Part shown: positions 11,347 to 21,474 of the stretch, piece after piece
Layout: each line of letters opens with the position of its first letter
How positions within the stretch are numbered: position 1 is the stretch's first letter
Assembly (NCBI GenBank): GCA_963785725.1
Contig: CAWAWS010000033.1
Location: 224,001 to 288,000, forward strand
DNA length: 64,000 nt
Reading direction: 5' to 3'
Origin: an uncultured delta proteobacterium
GTDB taxonomy: Bacteria; Myxococcota_A; Polyangia; Palsa-1104
The notes under the pieces: model-generated
Told to the model about the DNA's origin: nothing
The model's database searches: none
Seen by the model: the letters and a program-made list of their open reading frames with translations, nothing else
Made by a program: the position numbers and the translations under genes

Positions 11347-11940
11347 TCAGCGCTTGGCAGCGGCCTCCCATTCGACCAGCGGCTCCGTCGGATCGACGAT
11401 GACGACGACCGGCGAGGCCACCGCTTCGACGTCGATGACGATCTCGACTTTGTCGCCGAGCGCCAAGCCGCCGCTGTCGAGGATCTGGTTGAAGGTCATG
11501 CCGAACGCCTTACGACTGATGCTCGTGCGCGCCGCGAAGCCGACGCGATCGCCGGCCGCCGGATCGCGCAAGCGGCCGCCGAACTCCACGTCGAGCACGA
11601 CGGCGCGCGTGACGCCGCGCAACGTCAGGTCGCCGTGCAGCTGGCAGCGGCGGTCGTCGGCGGCCTCGACGGCGGTCGAGCGAAACGTCAGCGTGGGAAA
11701 GCGATCGGCGTCGAAGAAGTCGCGGCCGCATAGGTGGCCGTCACGACGCGCGTCGCCGGTGTCGATGCTGGCGACGTCGATCTGCGCCTCCGCCGCGCCG
11801 CCGGCGAGGCCGGCGTCGTCGACGAGCAGCGTGCCCGACCAGCTGCGAAAGGCGCCCCGCACGCGCGACACCAGCATGTGGCGGACGTAGAAGCTGATGT
11901 CGGAGTGGATCGTGTCGACGATGAACTTCTTGAGCGCCAT
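11347..11940 (-). CDS. YceI family lipid/polyisoprenoid-binding protein
   Basis: HSDISFYVRHMLVSRVRGAF, IDVASIDTG..RRDGHL...DFFDA..FP, GDLTLRGVTR. Confidence 0.92.
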   Translation of the reverse strand: MALKKFIVDTIHSDISFYVRHMLVSRVRGAFRSWSGTLLVDDAGLAGGAAEAQIDVASIDTGDARRDGHLCGRDFFDADRFPTLTFRSTAVEAADDRRCQLHGDLTLRGVTRAVVLDVEFGGRLRDPAAGDRVGFAARTSISRKAFGMTFNQILDSGGLALGDKVEIVIDVEAVASPVVVIVDPTEPLVEWEAAAKR

Positions 11941-12098
11941 GCGGATCGCCCAACATTGCAGCCGCCGCGCCAACGACGAACGCCCGCGATCGCCCGGCCA
12001 TCTACGCGTAAATTGGCGCTGACTGTCGCGAGCCGCAGGGTTTGGGCGCAGCGGTGCCGCGAGAGCCGACAGCGGCTGTCGCTATTTCCGACAGCGGC

Positions 12099-12584
12099 TC
12101 AGCGGGGCACGCTCGTCCGCGGGATGTCGTTGGCGCAGTAAAGACTGCGATGATCGAGCGTCAAGTCGCTGCAGAGCGCGGCCGGCGAATGGTCTCGCGG
12201 CGTCGTCGTCGCGCAGCCGCCGACCGCCGCCAGCGAGGCCAACCCCGCCAGCACCACCGCCGTGCGCATCGTGTTCTTGCCGATCCGCGACAGCCGCGAG
12301 GGCGCCGGCGTCGTCGGCCGCATCGCCCGCTGCGTCGCGAGGTCGCGGTCTTCGGCGCGGGCGCGCATGCGGCGCCAGGTCATCGTCACCGCCAGCGTCA
12401 CCAGGCTGATCGCGCTCAACACGAGGCCCAGCATCGACACCTCCGGCACCGCCGTCCAGATCGCGCGTCCGACGCGCACCGTGCGGCCGAGGCCGATGCG
12501 AATGGCGACGAGGTCGAGGCTCATGACGCCGAGAATCAAGATGCCGCTGACATTCGCGAAGCCGCCGTCTCGTCTCATGTTCAT
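12099..12584 (-). CDS. Hypothetical membrane protein (may be two small genes)
   Basis: GGAG upstream; two hydrophobic segments; internal lipoprotein-like signal MRTAVVLAGLASLAAVGGC. Confidence 0.4.
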   Translation of the reverse strand: MNMRRDGGFANVSGILILGVMSLDLVAIRIGLGRTVRVGRAIWTAVPEVSMLGLVLSAISLVTLAVTMTWRRMRARAEDRDLATQRAMRPTTPAPSRLSRIGKNTMRTAVVLAGLASLAAVGGCATTTPRDHSPAALCSDLTLDHRSLYCANDIPRTSVPR

Positions 12585-12807
12585 TCTCCGCGCTGCCGTT
12601 GACTTCGGCTTAAGCAGGCTCCGTGCCGTTTCGCAAACCCGCGGCCGCTGCGGGTTTGAGCGCCCGGCTGTCGTGTTTGCCTGCGTCCGGCGCCTGTCGA
12701 GAAGCGAACAGCGCGCCGATTCGTCGACACCGCCAATGATTCGTGTGTGCGCAAGGTCGCGCGCGCAATGGCGCGCACCTGAGACGAGCGTCGACTCGGT
12801 CGGAGGG

Positions 12808-13296
12808 TTACTCGGCGGCGCGCTTCAAGGCGGCGATGTCGAGCTTGACCATCTTCATCATCGCCTGCATGACGCGGTTGGCGCGCGCCGGATCGGCGTT
12901 GCCGATGAGCTCGCCCATCTCGCGCGGCACGATCTGCCAGCTGACGCCGAAGCGATCGTGGAGCCAGCCACAGGCGACGGGCGAGCCGCCATCGGCGATG
13001 AGCTTGTCCCACAATTCGTCGATCTCGGCTTGCGTCTCACAGTCGACCGACAACGACATGGCGTCGCTGAATTTGCCCTGGAACTGCGCGCCGGCGTTCA
13101 AGGCGACGAAGCGCTGTCCGTCGAGCTCGAAGGCGACCGTCAACACCGTGCCTTTGGGCAGCGGCTGATTGTCGCCGTAATGCGAGACGCTGACGATCTT
13201 CGAATGTTTGAAGAGCGAGACATAAAACCTGGCGGCCTCTTCGGCGCGCGATTCGTAAGTGAGAAAGGTGGTGATCTTTTGCGTCGTCGTGGGCAT
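12808..13296 (-). CDS. VOC family protein (PhnB / 3-demethylubiquinone-9 3-methyltransferase-like)
   Basis: QKITTFL, AEEAARFYVSLF, F.ALNAG, CETQAEIDELWDKL, CGWLHDRFGVSWQIVP; RBS AGGAG. Confidence 0.92.
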   Translation of the reverse strand: MPTTTQKITTFLTYESRAEEAARFYVSLFKHSKIVSVSHYGDNQPLPKGTVLTVAFELDGQRFVALNAGAQFQGKFSDAMSLSVDCETQAEIDELWDKLIADGGSPVACGWLHDRFGVSWQIVPREMGELIGNADPARANRVMQAMMKMVKLDIAALKRAAE

Positions 13297-13358
13297 TGGT
13301 CACTCCTGTTGACGGAATATAGACCAGCCCGCGAACGGACCGCGGCGGCGAAGCGACG

Positions 13359-15791
13359 TCAATGCGCGAAGTGCGGCTTGGCCGGATTGGCCCAGTTGCC
13401 GTGCCATTTGACGTAGAGATCGTCGAGCATCGCTTCCCATTCGGTGCGCGTGCGCAGATCGGGAAAAGGCTCGGGCGCGATCAGCGACTTCGAATCGGCG
13501 ATGACGACGAAGCGATTGCCGGGAACGATGCGGCCGACGCGAAACGGCTTCCACGTATGATTGTTACTGGGATCGATGCGGATATCGGCGCCGGGCGCGT
13601 CGAAATGCTGCCCTTTGATGGCCTGGCGAATCGCGCGCACGTCGGTCGAGCCGGCGGCGCGCACGGCCTGCGCCCACAAATAGACGCCGTCATAAGCCGC
13701 CTCCATCGGATCGTTGATGCTGCGCTGCGCGCCATAAAGGGCGTGAAAACGCGCCTCGAAGGCGCGGTTCTGCGGCCGATCGACGCTCTCGAAGTAGTTC
13801 CAGGCCGCATAATCGCCGACCAGCTCGATGCCGTGCATCTCCGAGAGCTCGCCTTCGCCGATGCTGAACGACATCGTCGGCAGCTTCTTGGGCGTGAACC
13901 CGGCGGCGCGCAACGCGCGAAAGAACGCGATATTCGAGTCACCGTTGATGGTATTCAAAATGATATCGGGTGACGCGGCGGCGATCTTCTTGATGATGGC
14001 GGCGACGTCGGTATCGCCGAGCAATAGATATTCCTCGCCGACGATGGTCGCGCCCAGTCGGCGCGCTTCATCGCGAATGATGGCGTTGGCGGCGCGCGGA
14101 AACACATAGTCGGAGCCGACGAGAAACAGCTTGTTGCGCTTGAGCTTCTGCACGACCCAATCGGTCGCGGGGATGACCTGCTGATTGGGCGCGGCGCCGA
14201 GATAAATGATATTGAGCGAATCTTCCAAGCCTTCGTATTGCACGGGATACATCAACAAATGATCGTAGCGCTCGACGATGGGGCGCATGGATTTGCGGCT
14301 CGCCGACGTCCAGCCGCCGAACAGCGTCGCCACTTTTTCGACGGTGATGAGGCGCTCGGCCTCTTTGGCGAACGTCGGCCAGTCGGAGCGGCCGTCGGCG
14401 ATGATGGGCGCGATGCGGCGGCCGAGCACGCCGCCGTTGTCGTTGATCTCGCGGATGGCGAGCAGCGTGGCGTCGACGACGGGGCGCTCGCTGAACGCCA
14501 TCGTGCCCGACATCGAGTGCAAGATGCCGATGGGAATCGGCGGGCCGGCGACGACGGCCGCGCTGGTCGCCGCGTTCGGCGTCGGCGCGCGATGGCGCCA
14601 GGCGTATAGGCTGCAGAGCGCGAAGAGCACGATGACCGCGCCCAACAGCACACCGTGGCCGCGCGACGACGCCGGCGCCTGCGGCGCGCGCGCGGTGTGG
14701 CGGTTCGTCGTCGGCCTTCCCGTGCGGCGCGGCGTGGCCGTCGCCAGGTTTTCGCCGGCCCACGTCACCGAGCTGTCGGCGCTCAAGAAGCGCCATTCGA
14801 TGTCGGTGTCGGCCGCCGGCGCGTCGGCGAGCAGCTGCTCGAGGTCGGCGCGCATGGCGGCCGCGCTCGGGTAGCGATCGGCCGGCTCTTTCGCCGTCGC
14901 GCGCTTCAGAATGTCGACGCAGCCATCCGGCATCGCGGCTTTCTTGCGTGGATCGGGCAGCTGCTCGTGCACGTGCGCGTACATGATCTGCGTCGCGCCG
15001 CCGAGCGTAAAAGGCGGCTCGCCGGCGAGCAGCGCGTAGTAGGTGGCGCCGAGCGAATAGACGTCGCTGCGGGCGTCGATGGTGCCGACGCGAACTTGCT
15101 CGGGGCTCATGAAATCGGGCGTGCCCAATTGCATGCCGGGCTGGGTCGTGCCGCTGTCGTGCAAGACCTCCTTGGCGAGCCCGAAGTCGACCAGCTTGGC
15201 CGCGCCGCTCGACGAGCACAGAATATTGTCGGGCTTGACGTCGCGATGCACGAGGCCCGCCTGATGCGCGGCTTCGAGCGCGCTGGCGCAGTCGGCGACG
15301 ATGCGCGTGGCCTCCGCCCAATGCAGCGCGCCGTGCTGCGCGATGAAGCTGGCGGCGCTGCCTTGGCGCAAGAGCTCCATGACGATGAACGGCGAATCGC
15401 CCTCCAGCATCGTGTCGTAGATGGCGACGACGTGCGGATGATTGAGCCGCCCCGCCGCCTGCGCCTCGCCGACGAAGCGCTTGAGCGCCGACGGTGCCTT
15501 CAACAGCTCGAGCGGCAGGAACTTGATGGCGACGCGACGGCCGATGACCGAATCCTCGGCTTCGTAGACCGAGCCCATGCCGCCGCGACCGAGCACGCGC
15601 AGGATGCGATAGCGACCGAACTTGGCGTCGATGCGCGCGTCGTCGGCGCTGCGATCGCGCTCGGCTTCACTTGTGCCGTCGGACGGGATGCGACCGGGCG
15701 TCAAGACGGATGGCCGGGCGCCGATCGTCTTGCCCGAAGCGCCGGCGCCGGGTGGATCGTCGGAGTCTCCGCGATCCTTTGCACCCGACAT
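13359..15791 (-). CDS. Ser/Thr kinase fused through a TM helix to an UrtA/AmiC-type substrate-binding domain
   Basis: GRGGMGSVY, HRDVKPDN, DFG, GTPDFMSPEQ; then IGILHSMSGTMAFSE, GGWTSASRKS, YPVQYEGLE, GAAPNQQ, GSDYVFPR, NTINGDSN, SFSIGE; start could be 15791, 15818 or 15845. Confidence 0.92.
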   Translation of the reverse strand: MSGAKDRGDSDDPPGAGASGKTIGARPSVLTPGRIPSDGTSEAERDRSADDARIDAKFGRYRILRVLGRGGMGSVYEAEDSVIGRRVAIKFLPLELLKAPSALKRFVGEAQAAGRLNHPHVVAIYDTMLEGDSPFIVMELLRQGSAASFIAQHGALHWAEATRIVADCASALEAAHQAGLVHRDVKPDNILCSSSGAAKLVDFGLAKEVLHDSGTTQPGMQLGTPDFMSPEQVRVGTIDARSDVYSLGATYYALLAGEPPFTLGGATQIMYAHVHEQLPDPRKKAAMPDGCVDILKRATAKEPADRYPSAAAMRADLEQLLADAPAADTDIEWRFLSADSSVTWAGENLATATPRRTGRPTTNRHTARAPQAPASSRGHGVLLGAVIVLFALCSLYAWRHRAPTPNAATSAAVVAGPPIPIGILHSMSGTMAFSERPVVDATLLAIREINDNGGVLGRRIAPIIADGRSDWPTFAKEAERLITVEKVATLFGGWTSASRKSMRPIVERYDHLLMYPVQYEGLEDSLNIIYLGAAPNQQVIPATDWVVQKLKRNKLFLVGSDYVFPRAANAIIRDEARRLGATIVGEEYLLLGDTDVAAIIKKIAAASPDIILNTINGDSNIAFFRALRAAGFTPKKLPTMSFSIGEGELSEMHGIELVGDYAAWNYFESVDRPQNRAFEARFHALYGAQRSINDPMEAAYDGVYLWAQAVRAAGSTDVRAIRQAIKGQHFDAPGADIRIDPSNNHTWKPFRVGRIVPGNRFVVIADSKSLIAPEPFPDLRTRTEWEAMLDDLYVKWHGNWANPAKPHFAH

Positions 15792-16043
15792 GTTATTACG
15801 ATTCCCGAGGTCAGACATCGAGTCAAGCAGGGAGCCAACTTCCACGGCCGTCGATCGTCATTTCTGAAGTAACCAGCAGGTAAACTGCGCAAATTCTGCG
15901 TCGCGCTCATCCATTCGGGTGCTGCTCGTCGCTGCGAAATCGGCGGTCGTGCTCGTCGACGATCGGCGCACGCGCAGTCGCGAACGCCTAGAAAATTCCA
16001 CACGCACCGCGCAGCTCTCACGCGCTATCGGTATCGAGAACGG

Positions 16044-16577
16044 CTATAGCGTCAGGCGAATTTTCTGACCGCCGACGGAGGCATTGACCATGGCGCCGTG
16101 GATGGGCATGACGAAGACCGCCGTCCCTTTGTCGAACGTCGCCTGCGCCGCCGTGCCCGTGCGCACAATGGTGGCGGAGGCCTTGGCGCCGAAGTCATAA
16201 CGGCCATCGCGCAGATCATCGAGCGCCTTCTGATCGTTCACCACCACGACCTCGGCGTAGCGCTGCCCGCCGGCCAACGCGCCGGCCTCGAGCTGCTTCA
16301 GCTCGGCGAAGTGCGTGGCGCCGCTCTTCTCGAAGAGCACGCCGGCCCCCGAGCCGCCGCCGATCAAGAAGCCGCCTTGACCGATCTTGGGGAAGACGAT
16401 GTAGCCGACCGCGTTCTCGATCAGCGGCTGCAGCGTCGGATCGCGCCGCTGCATCTCTTGCAGCGTCTGGTGCGCCTCGCGGCGCAGATCGGCGCGCGCA
16501 CCGGGTTGCGTCGGCGAGTGAGCGCAACCGAGCGCTCCCAAGCCGAGCAAAGCAAACAGACCAATCACGAGTTTCAT
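16044..16577 (-). CDS. Ysc84/SYLF lipid-binding domain lipoprotein
   Basis: Lipobox ALGC; GYIVFPKIGQGGFLIGGGSGAGVL; GAMVNASVGGQK; RBS AAGGAGAG. Confidence 0.85.
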   Translation of the reverse strand: MKLVIGLFALLGLGALGCAHSPTQPGARADLRREAHQTLQEMQRRDPTLQPLIENAVGYIVFPKIGQGGFLIGGGSGAGVLFEKSGATHFAELKQLEAGALAGGQRYAEVVVVNDQKALDDLRDGRYDFGAKASATIVRTGTAAQATFDKGTAVFVMPIHGAMVNASVGGQKIRLTL

Positions 16578-16699
16578 GGCTCTCTCCTTTTCTGTGCTCG
16601 AGCTTTGGGCAATGCAGCCGGTGGGCCACCCGGCGCGCCCGCAGTCGGCGCGCTAGACGAGCGGCTGGCCACGCGGTCGCTCGCTCGACGGCCGGTCGG

Positions 16700-17461
16700 T
16701 CACGGAGCGACCGGCGCCGGACCCGGCATCGGGCTGCCCGGAATCTCACCACGCGCACGCAGCGCCTGCTTCTCTTCGGCATGGAGCGGCCGCGCCAGCC
16801 AGCCGGCGATGGCGGCGCCGCTCAGCGGCGCCAGCCAGAACAGCCACAGCTGCGCCAGCGCCCAGCCGCCGACGAACAGCGCCGGCGCCGTCGAGCGTGC
16901 CGGATTCACCGACGTGTTCGTAATCGGGATGCCGATGAGATGGACCAACGTCAGCGTGAGGCCGACCGCGATGCCCGCTTGCGTCGTCGAGGCCGAGCGC
17001 GACGTCGCGCCCAGGATGACCGTCAGAAACACGAAGGTCAGGATCACTTCGGCCAACAGCGCCGCCGGCATTGAATAGCCGCCCGGTGAATGCGCGCCAT
17101 ATCCGTTGGCCGCCAATCCGGCGACATGCACGTCATAGCCGCCCGGTGCGCCATGCGCGAGGATGAGCACCGCCGCCGAGCCGAGCACGGCGCCGAAGAG
17201 CTGCACCGCGATGTAAGACGGCACGTCGCGCCACGCGAAACGACGGGCGCAGGCGAGCCCTATCGTGACCGCCGGGTTGAAGTGCGCGCCCGAAATCGGA
17301 CCCAGCGCGTAAACGCCCGCCAAAACCGTCAGTCCGAAGGCCAACGCGACGCCGGCAAAGCCGATGCCCGTCGCCGGAAACTTCGCGGCGAACACGGCGG
17401 CGCCGGTGCCGCCGAAGACGAGAATGAACGTGCCCAGCGCTTCTGCGGTCAGCTTTCGCAT
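16700..17461 (-). CDS. aqpZ: Aquaporin Z
   Basis: AEALGTFILVFGGTG, ISGAHFNPAVT, ANGYGAHSPGGYS, HLIGIPITNTSVNPARS; RBS AGGAGG. Confidence 0.96.
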   Translation of the reverse strand: MRKLTAEALGTFILVFGGTGAAVFAAKFPATGIGFAGVALAFGLTVLAGVYALGPISGAHFNPAVTIGLACARRFAWRDVPSYIAVQLFGAVLGSAAVLILAHGAPGGYDVHVAGLAANGYGAHSPGGYSMPAALLAEVILTFVFLTVILGATSRSASTTQAGIAVGLTLTLVHLIGIPITNTSVNPARSTAPALFVGGWALAQLWLFWLAPLSGAAIAGWLARPLHAEEKQALRARGEIPGSPMPGPAPVAP

Positions 17462-17807
17462 GGCCTCCTCCTTTTCGGGCGCAGCACGACAGCTCGCCGC
17501 ACCGTGGTCGCATTCCTCGTCAAAAGTACGTCGCTAAGGGGAATGGCTATCGGCTGGCCAGCTGATTCCGGCGAAATCGCCGACCGCTCGGACAGCGATC
17601 GAGCACGCACCCGCGCTTCCGCGTCGACGCGCGAGACAAGCCGGTTTGCGCGTGCGAATTACGTGGCGCTCGATACGCAAATCACACGCGCACGCGCGAC
17701 GAGAGCGTGAATTCCCGCATGATTCACCGGGTCGCGACGGCTGCGCCTCAGTATTTGCCGAGCCGTTGCTTGATTCCTCACCGGCGCGCACGCATCCTGC
17801 CGGCGCC

Positions 17808-19313
17808 ATGACAGAGCCGCAAGCCTTCGGTCGCTACGAGCTCGTGCGACGCTTGGCGGCGGGCGGCATGGCGGAGCTGTTCATCGCGCGCCAGCGCTCG
17901 GTGTCGGGCTTCGAGAAGCAGCTCGTCATCAAGCGCATCCTCGCCAATCGCGCGCGCGACGCGGACTTCGTGCGCATGTTCCTCGACGAAGCGCGCGTCG
18001 CGGCCACGCTCGATCATCCCAACATCGTGCAGATCTACGACGTCGGTCATGTCGACGACGAGTACTTCATCGCGATGGAGCACATCCCGGGCAAGAACCT
18101 GGTCGAGATCTTGCGCGCCGGCTATCGCACGGGAACGGCGGCGCTGCCGCTGGCGCAGGCGGTCGGCATCGCCGGCGCGGTCTGCTCGGGCCTGCATTTC
18201 GCGCACGACAAGCGCGACTTCGACGGCCGGCCGCTCGGCATCGTGCATCGCGACGTCACGCCGCAGAACATCATGGTCACGTTCGACGGCGGCGTGAAGC
18301 TGGTCGACTTCGGCATCGCCAAAGCGGCGTCGCGCGAAGTGGAGACGATGTCGGGCACGCTCAAAGGCAAGATGGGCTACATGTCGCCCGAGCAGTGCCG
18401 CGGCCTCGCGGTCGATCGACGCAGCGACATCTTCGCGCTCGGCGTCGTCCTGTACGAGCTGACGACCGGCAAGCGGCTCTACCGCGAGAAGTCCGAGTTC
18501 GAGACGCTCAAGAAGATCGTCGACGGGCCAGTGCCGTCGCTGCGCGAGGTCGATCCGCAGCTGCCCGAGGAGCTCGACGCGATCATCGCGCGCTGCCTGC
18601 AAAAGGATCCCAACGATCGCTTTCCCGACGCCCGCTCGCTGCACGAGGCGCTGGAGACGCTGGCGCAGTGGCGCGCGCTGGCGACGGGCACGATGGCGCT
18701 GGCGCAGTGGATGGAGCGGCTCTTTCCCGACGAGCAGACGCCGCAGCCGGCGCCGCCCGTCGACGGCACGAGCAGCGTCACGCGGCCGAGCTACGGCTAC
18801 GTCGGCGAAGCCTCGCGGCGGCGCCAAGTTCCGCCCATCGACGAAGCGCGGCGCAAGCGCGGCTGGCGGCGGCTGTTCGCGGTCGCCGGCGTCGCCGTCG
18901 TCGCGGGCGCGGGCTTGTGGGCCTATCGCACGTGGCCGCTGCGCGCGCAGCCGGCGACCATGACCGCGCCGGCGACCGTCGGTCTGGCGACGGCGCCGGA
19001 CTCGTCCGGCCCGCAGCCGCTGGAAGCGGCGACGCTCGATCAGCCGGGCGACGCGCCGCCGCAGCTGGCCGAAGGCACGCCGCCGTCGCCGCCCGCGCAG
19101 GCGCTGCCGCTGTCGCCGACCATCGTCTGCCGCCTGCTCGTCGGCAGCGACGGCGCCGTGCGCAAGGCGCAGATTTTCCGCTCGCGCCTCGAGCTGGCGC
19201 AATACGAAGACGCGGCGCTGGCGGCCGTGCAGCGTTATCGCTTCACGCCCGCGCGTCACGCCGGTCAGCCGGTCGCGGTGTGGCTCGATTGGCCCGTGCA
19301 GTTCGCGCGCTGA
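17808..19313 (+). CDS. Ser/Thr kinase with TM and C-terminal TonB-C domain
   Basis: AAGGMAELF, LVIKRIL, HRDVTPQN, DFG, KGKMGYMSPEQ; C-terminus LLVGSDGAV...AALAAVQRYRFTPARHAGQPVAVW..WPVQF. Confidence 0.9.
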   Translation: MTEPQAFGRYELVRRLAAGGMAELFIARQRSVSGFEKQLVIKRILANRARDADFVRMFLDEARVAATLDHPNIVQIYDVGHVDDEYFIAMEHIPGKNLVEILRAGYRTGTAALPLAQAVGIAGAVCSGLHFAHDKRDFDGRPLGIVHRDVTPQNIMVTFDGGVKLVDFGIAKAASREVETMSGTLKGKMGYMSPEQCRGLAVDRRSDIFALGVVLYELTTGKRLYREKSEFETLKKIVDGPVPSLREVDPQLPEELDAIIARCLQKDPNDRFPDARSLHEALETLAQWRALATGTMALAQWMERLFPDEQTPQPAPPVDGTSSVTRPSYGYVGEASRRRQVPPIDEARRKRGWRRLFAVAGVAVVAGAGLWAYRTWPLRAQPATMTAPATVGLATAPDSSGPQPLEAATLDQPGDAPPQLAEGTPPSPPAQALPLSPTIVCRLLVGSDGAVRKAQIFRSRLELAQYEDAALAAVQRYRFTPARHAGQPVAVWLDWPVQFAR

Positions 19314-19358
19314 ATCGATCGCCAAATAGTTCGCGCTACGAACCAAATGGGAGGACAC

Positions 19359-20601
19359 ATGCGCGCGTTGATTTTGGCGCTGTCCGTGATCGCGACGTCG
19401 GCGAGCGCGGAGGAGATCGTCGTCAAAGGCTCCGACACCGTCGGTGGCGAGCTGGGGCCGGCGCTGGCCAAAGGCTTCGAGGCGCTGCATCCGGGCGCGC
19501 ACGTGCGCTGGGAAGCGCTGGGCTCGAAGACGGCGTTCGGCGGCCTCTTCGACGGCTCGGCGGCGCTGGGCGCGTCGTCGCGGCCGGTCTCGCCCGCCGA
19601 GCTGGCGGAGGCGACGCGGCTCGGCGTGAAGCTGCAGGAGCTCATCATCGGCTACGACGGGCTGTCGATCATCGTGCATCCGTCGAATCCGCTGCCGAGC
19701 TTGACGATGGCGCAGCTGGCCGACCTCTACAGCGGCAAAATTCAAAACTGGAAGGAGCTCGGCGGCGCGGATGTGCCGGTGCTGCTCTTGGCGCGGCCGC
19801 CCTACTCGGGCACGCGCACGTTCTTCGAAGAGAAGGCGCTTTCCATCGGCGTCGTTGGCGGCGGCAAGCGGGCGTTGGCGAGCTCGGCGAAGCTGTACGA
19901 GCACAATCAGGAGATCGTGGCCGAGGTCGCGCGCACGCCGGGCGCGGTCGGCTTCGTCGGCGTCGCGTCGGTCAATCCGACCGTGCGCGCGCTGCCGCTG
20001 GCGGCGACGGCGGGCGCGCCGCCGCGCAAGCCGGACGCGGCCGCCGTGCGCGACGGCACCTATCCGCTCTATCGGCCGCTCTATCTCTACGTTCGCGCGG
20101 GAATTCGCGGGCTGCCGGCCGAGTCTGGCGCGCTTCGTCCTGTCGCCGGCGGGGCAAGACATCGTGACGGCGATCGGCTTCGTGCGGCTCGAACGCTCGG
20201 CGCCGGTGCCGCAGCTGGGCGAGGCCGAGGTGGCGGCGGCGCCGGCGCGGCCGCCGGTGCGCGTCTTCTTCGTCAGCGGCGGCGCGGCGCTGACGCGCGC
20301 GAGCAAGCTGGCGCTGGAGCGGCTGGTGCCGTCGCTGCAGGCCGACGAGCGGCTGCTCGTCGTCGGCAACGCCGACGGTCGCGGCGTCTCGGCGCACAAC
20401 GACACGCTGTCGAAGCAGCGCGCCGAGCTCGTCGCCGACTACTTGCGGACGATCGGCCTCGACGGCGCGCGGCTCGACGTCGAAGGCGCGGGCGCGGCGG
20501 CGCCGATCGCGACCAACGAGACGCGCGCCGGCCGCGAGCGCAACCGCCGCGTCGACGTCTACGTCGTGCACGGCGCCGCCCACGACGTCGCCGGCCGATG
20601 A
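19359..20601 (+). CDS. PstS-like phosphate-binding domain fused to an OmpA-like peptidoglycan-binding domain (frameshifted near 20124)
   Basis: RBS GGAGG; KGSDTVG, GSKTAFGGL, DGLSIIVHPSNP, SGTRTFF, YPLYRPLYLY; after one extra T at about 20124 the +1 frame gives LARFVLSPAGQ...VGNAD...NDTLSKQRAELV...NRRVDV. Confidence 0.85.
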
Positions 20602-20627
20602 CCGCAGCGCGGTGATATGTTGGCGGC

Positions 20628-21302
20628 GTGGATTCGCGTCGCGTCATCATCGTGCTCAGCGTCTCGCTGGCGGTGAGCTTGGTCGCCGTCGGCTTCTTGA
20701 TCGGCCGCGAATCGAATCTTCCGTCGCCGCTGATGAATGTACCCGTCATCGCGCCGGCGCTGCCGACCATCACCGCGCCGGCCGAGCCGGCGCCGCCACC
20801 GTCGATTGCGGCGGCGGCTTCGCCGGCGCGCCCGGCGCCGCCGAAGCCGCCGACGGGCCCGCATCGGCTGACGGCGCCGTCGCCGCTGCCGGCCGACGGC
20901 GACACGAGCGAGAAGGCCGCGGTCGAGCGCTACTTCGCCGCCACCGATCCGCTGCAGAACGCCGACGTCGACAATCCGGAAGCGGCGGGAAATTCGCTGA
21001 TGGAGGCGGCCAGCTCCGGCGATCTGTCGGGGCTGCGCGCGCTCACCGCCAAAGCGCGCGCCGCCGAGGCCAAGGCGCGCGCGCTGACGCCGCCGCCGGC
21101 GTGTGCGGCTTATCACCAGCAGCTGCTGCGCTTGCTCGGGCAGAATCGCGGGCTGTTCCAACGGCTCGAGAGCGGCATCGGCGGCGGCGACGTGGGCGAG
21201 CTGCCGGCGCTGCTCGAGCAGGCCAACGGCGCCAAGGCGCACGCCGATGCCTTGGCGCGCGAGGAGCACGCGGTCAAAAAGCGCTTCGGCATCAGCCGCT
21301 GA
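20628..21302 (+). CDS. Hypothetical membrane-anchored protein with Pro-rich linker
   Basis: N-terminal TM, Pro-rich spacer, helical domain with PPPACAAYHQ; host-like codon usage. Confidence 0.65.
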   Translation: MDSRRVIIVLSVSLAVSLVAVGFLIGRESNLPSPLMNVPVIAPALPTITAPAEPAPPPSIAAAASPARPAPPKPPTGPHRLTAPSPLPADGDTSEKAAVERYFAATDPLQNADVDNPEAAGNSLMEAASSGDLSGLRALTAKARAAEAKARALTPPPACAAYHQQLLRLLGQNRGLFQRLESGIGGGDVGELPALLEQANGAKAHADALAREEHAVKKRFGISR

Positions 21303-21474
21303 GACCAACGTAAAGGTCGCGTAAAGCGCGGCTGCGATCGCGCGCACACGTCGACTCGCGGCGTCGTTCGGAAGCGGTACAGCTGTCGCCGGCGCGGACG
21401 GTCGCGGGCGCGCCATCGGCCGGCGCGAGCGCGTTTGCGGCGACGGTCCGAGATTCGCAATGGCGCCCTAGCGC

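Noticed and set aside
17778..20405. 875-aa minus-strand ORF and similar long Arg/Ala-rich ORFs (24480-27098, 48223-50151, 60097-61914, 8738-10384)
   Set aside because: Antisense or off-frame shadows of well-supported genes; stop codons are rare at this GC content and no domain motifs are present
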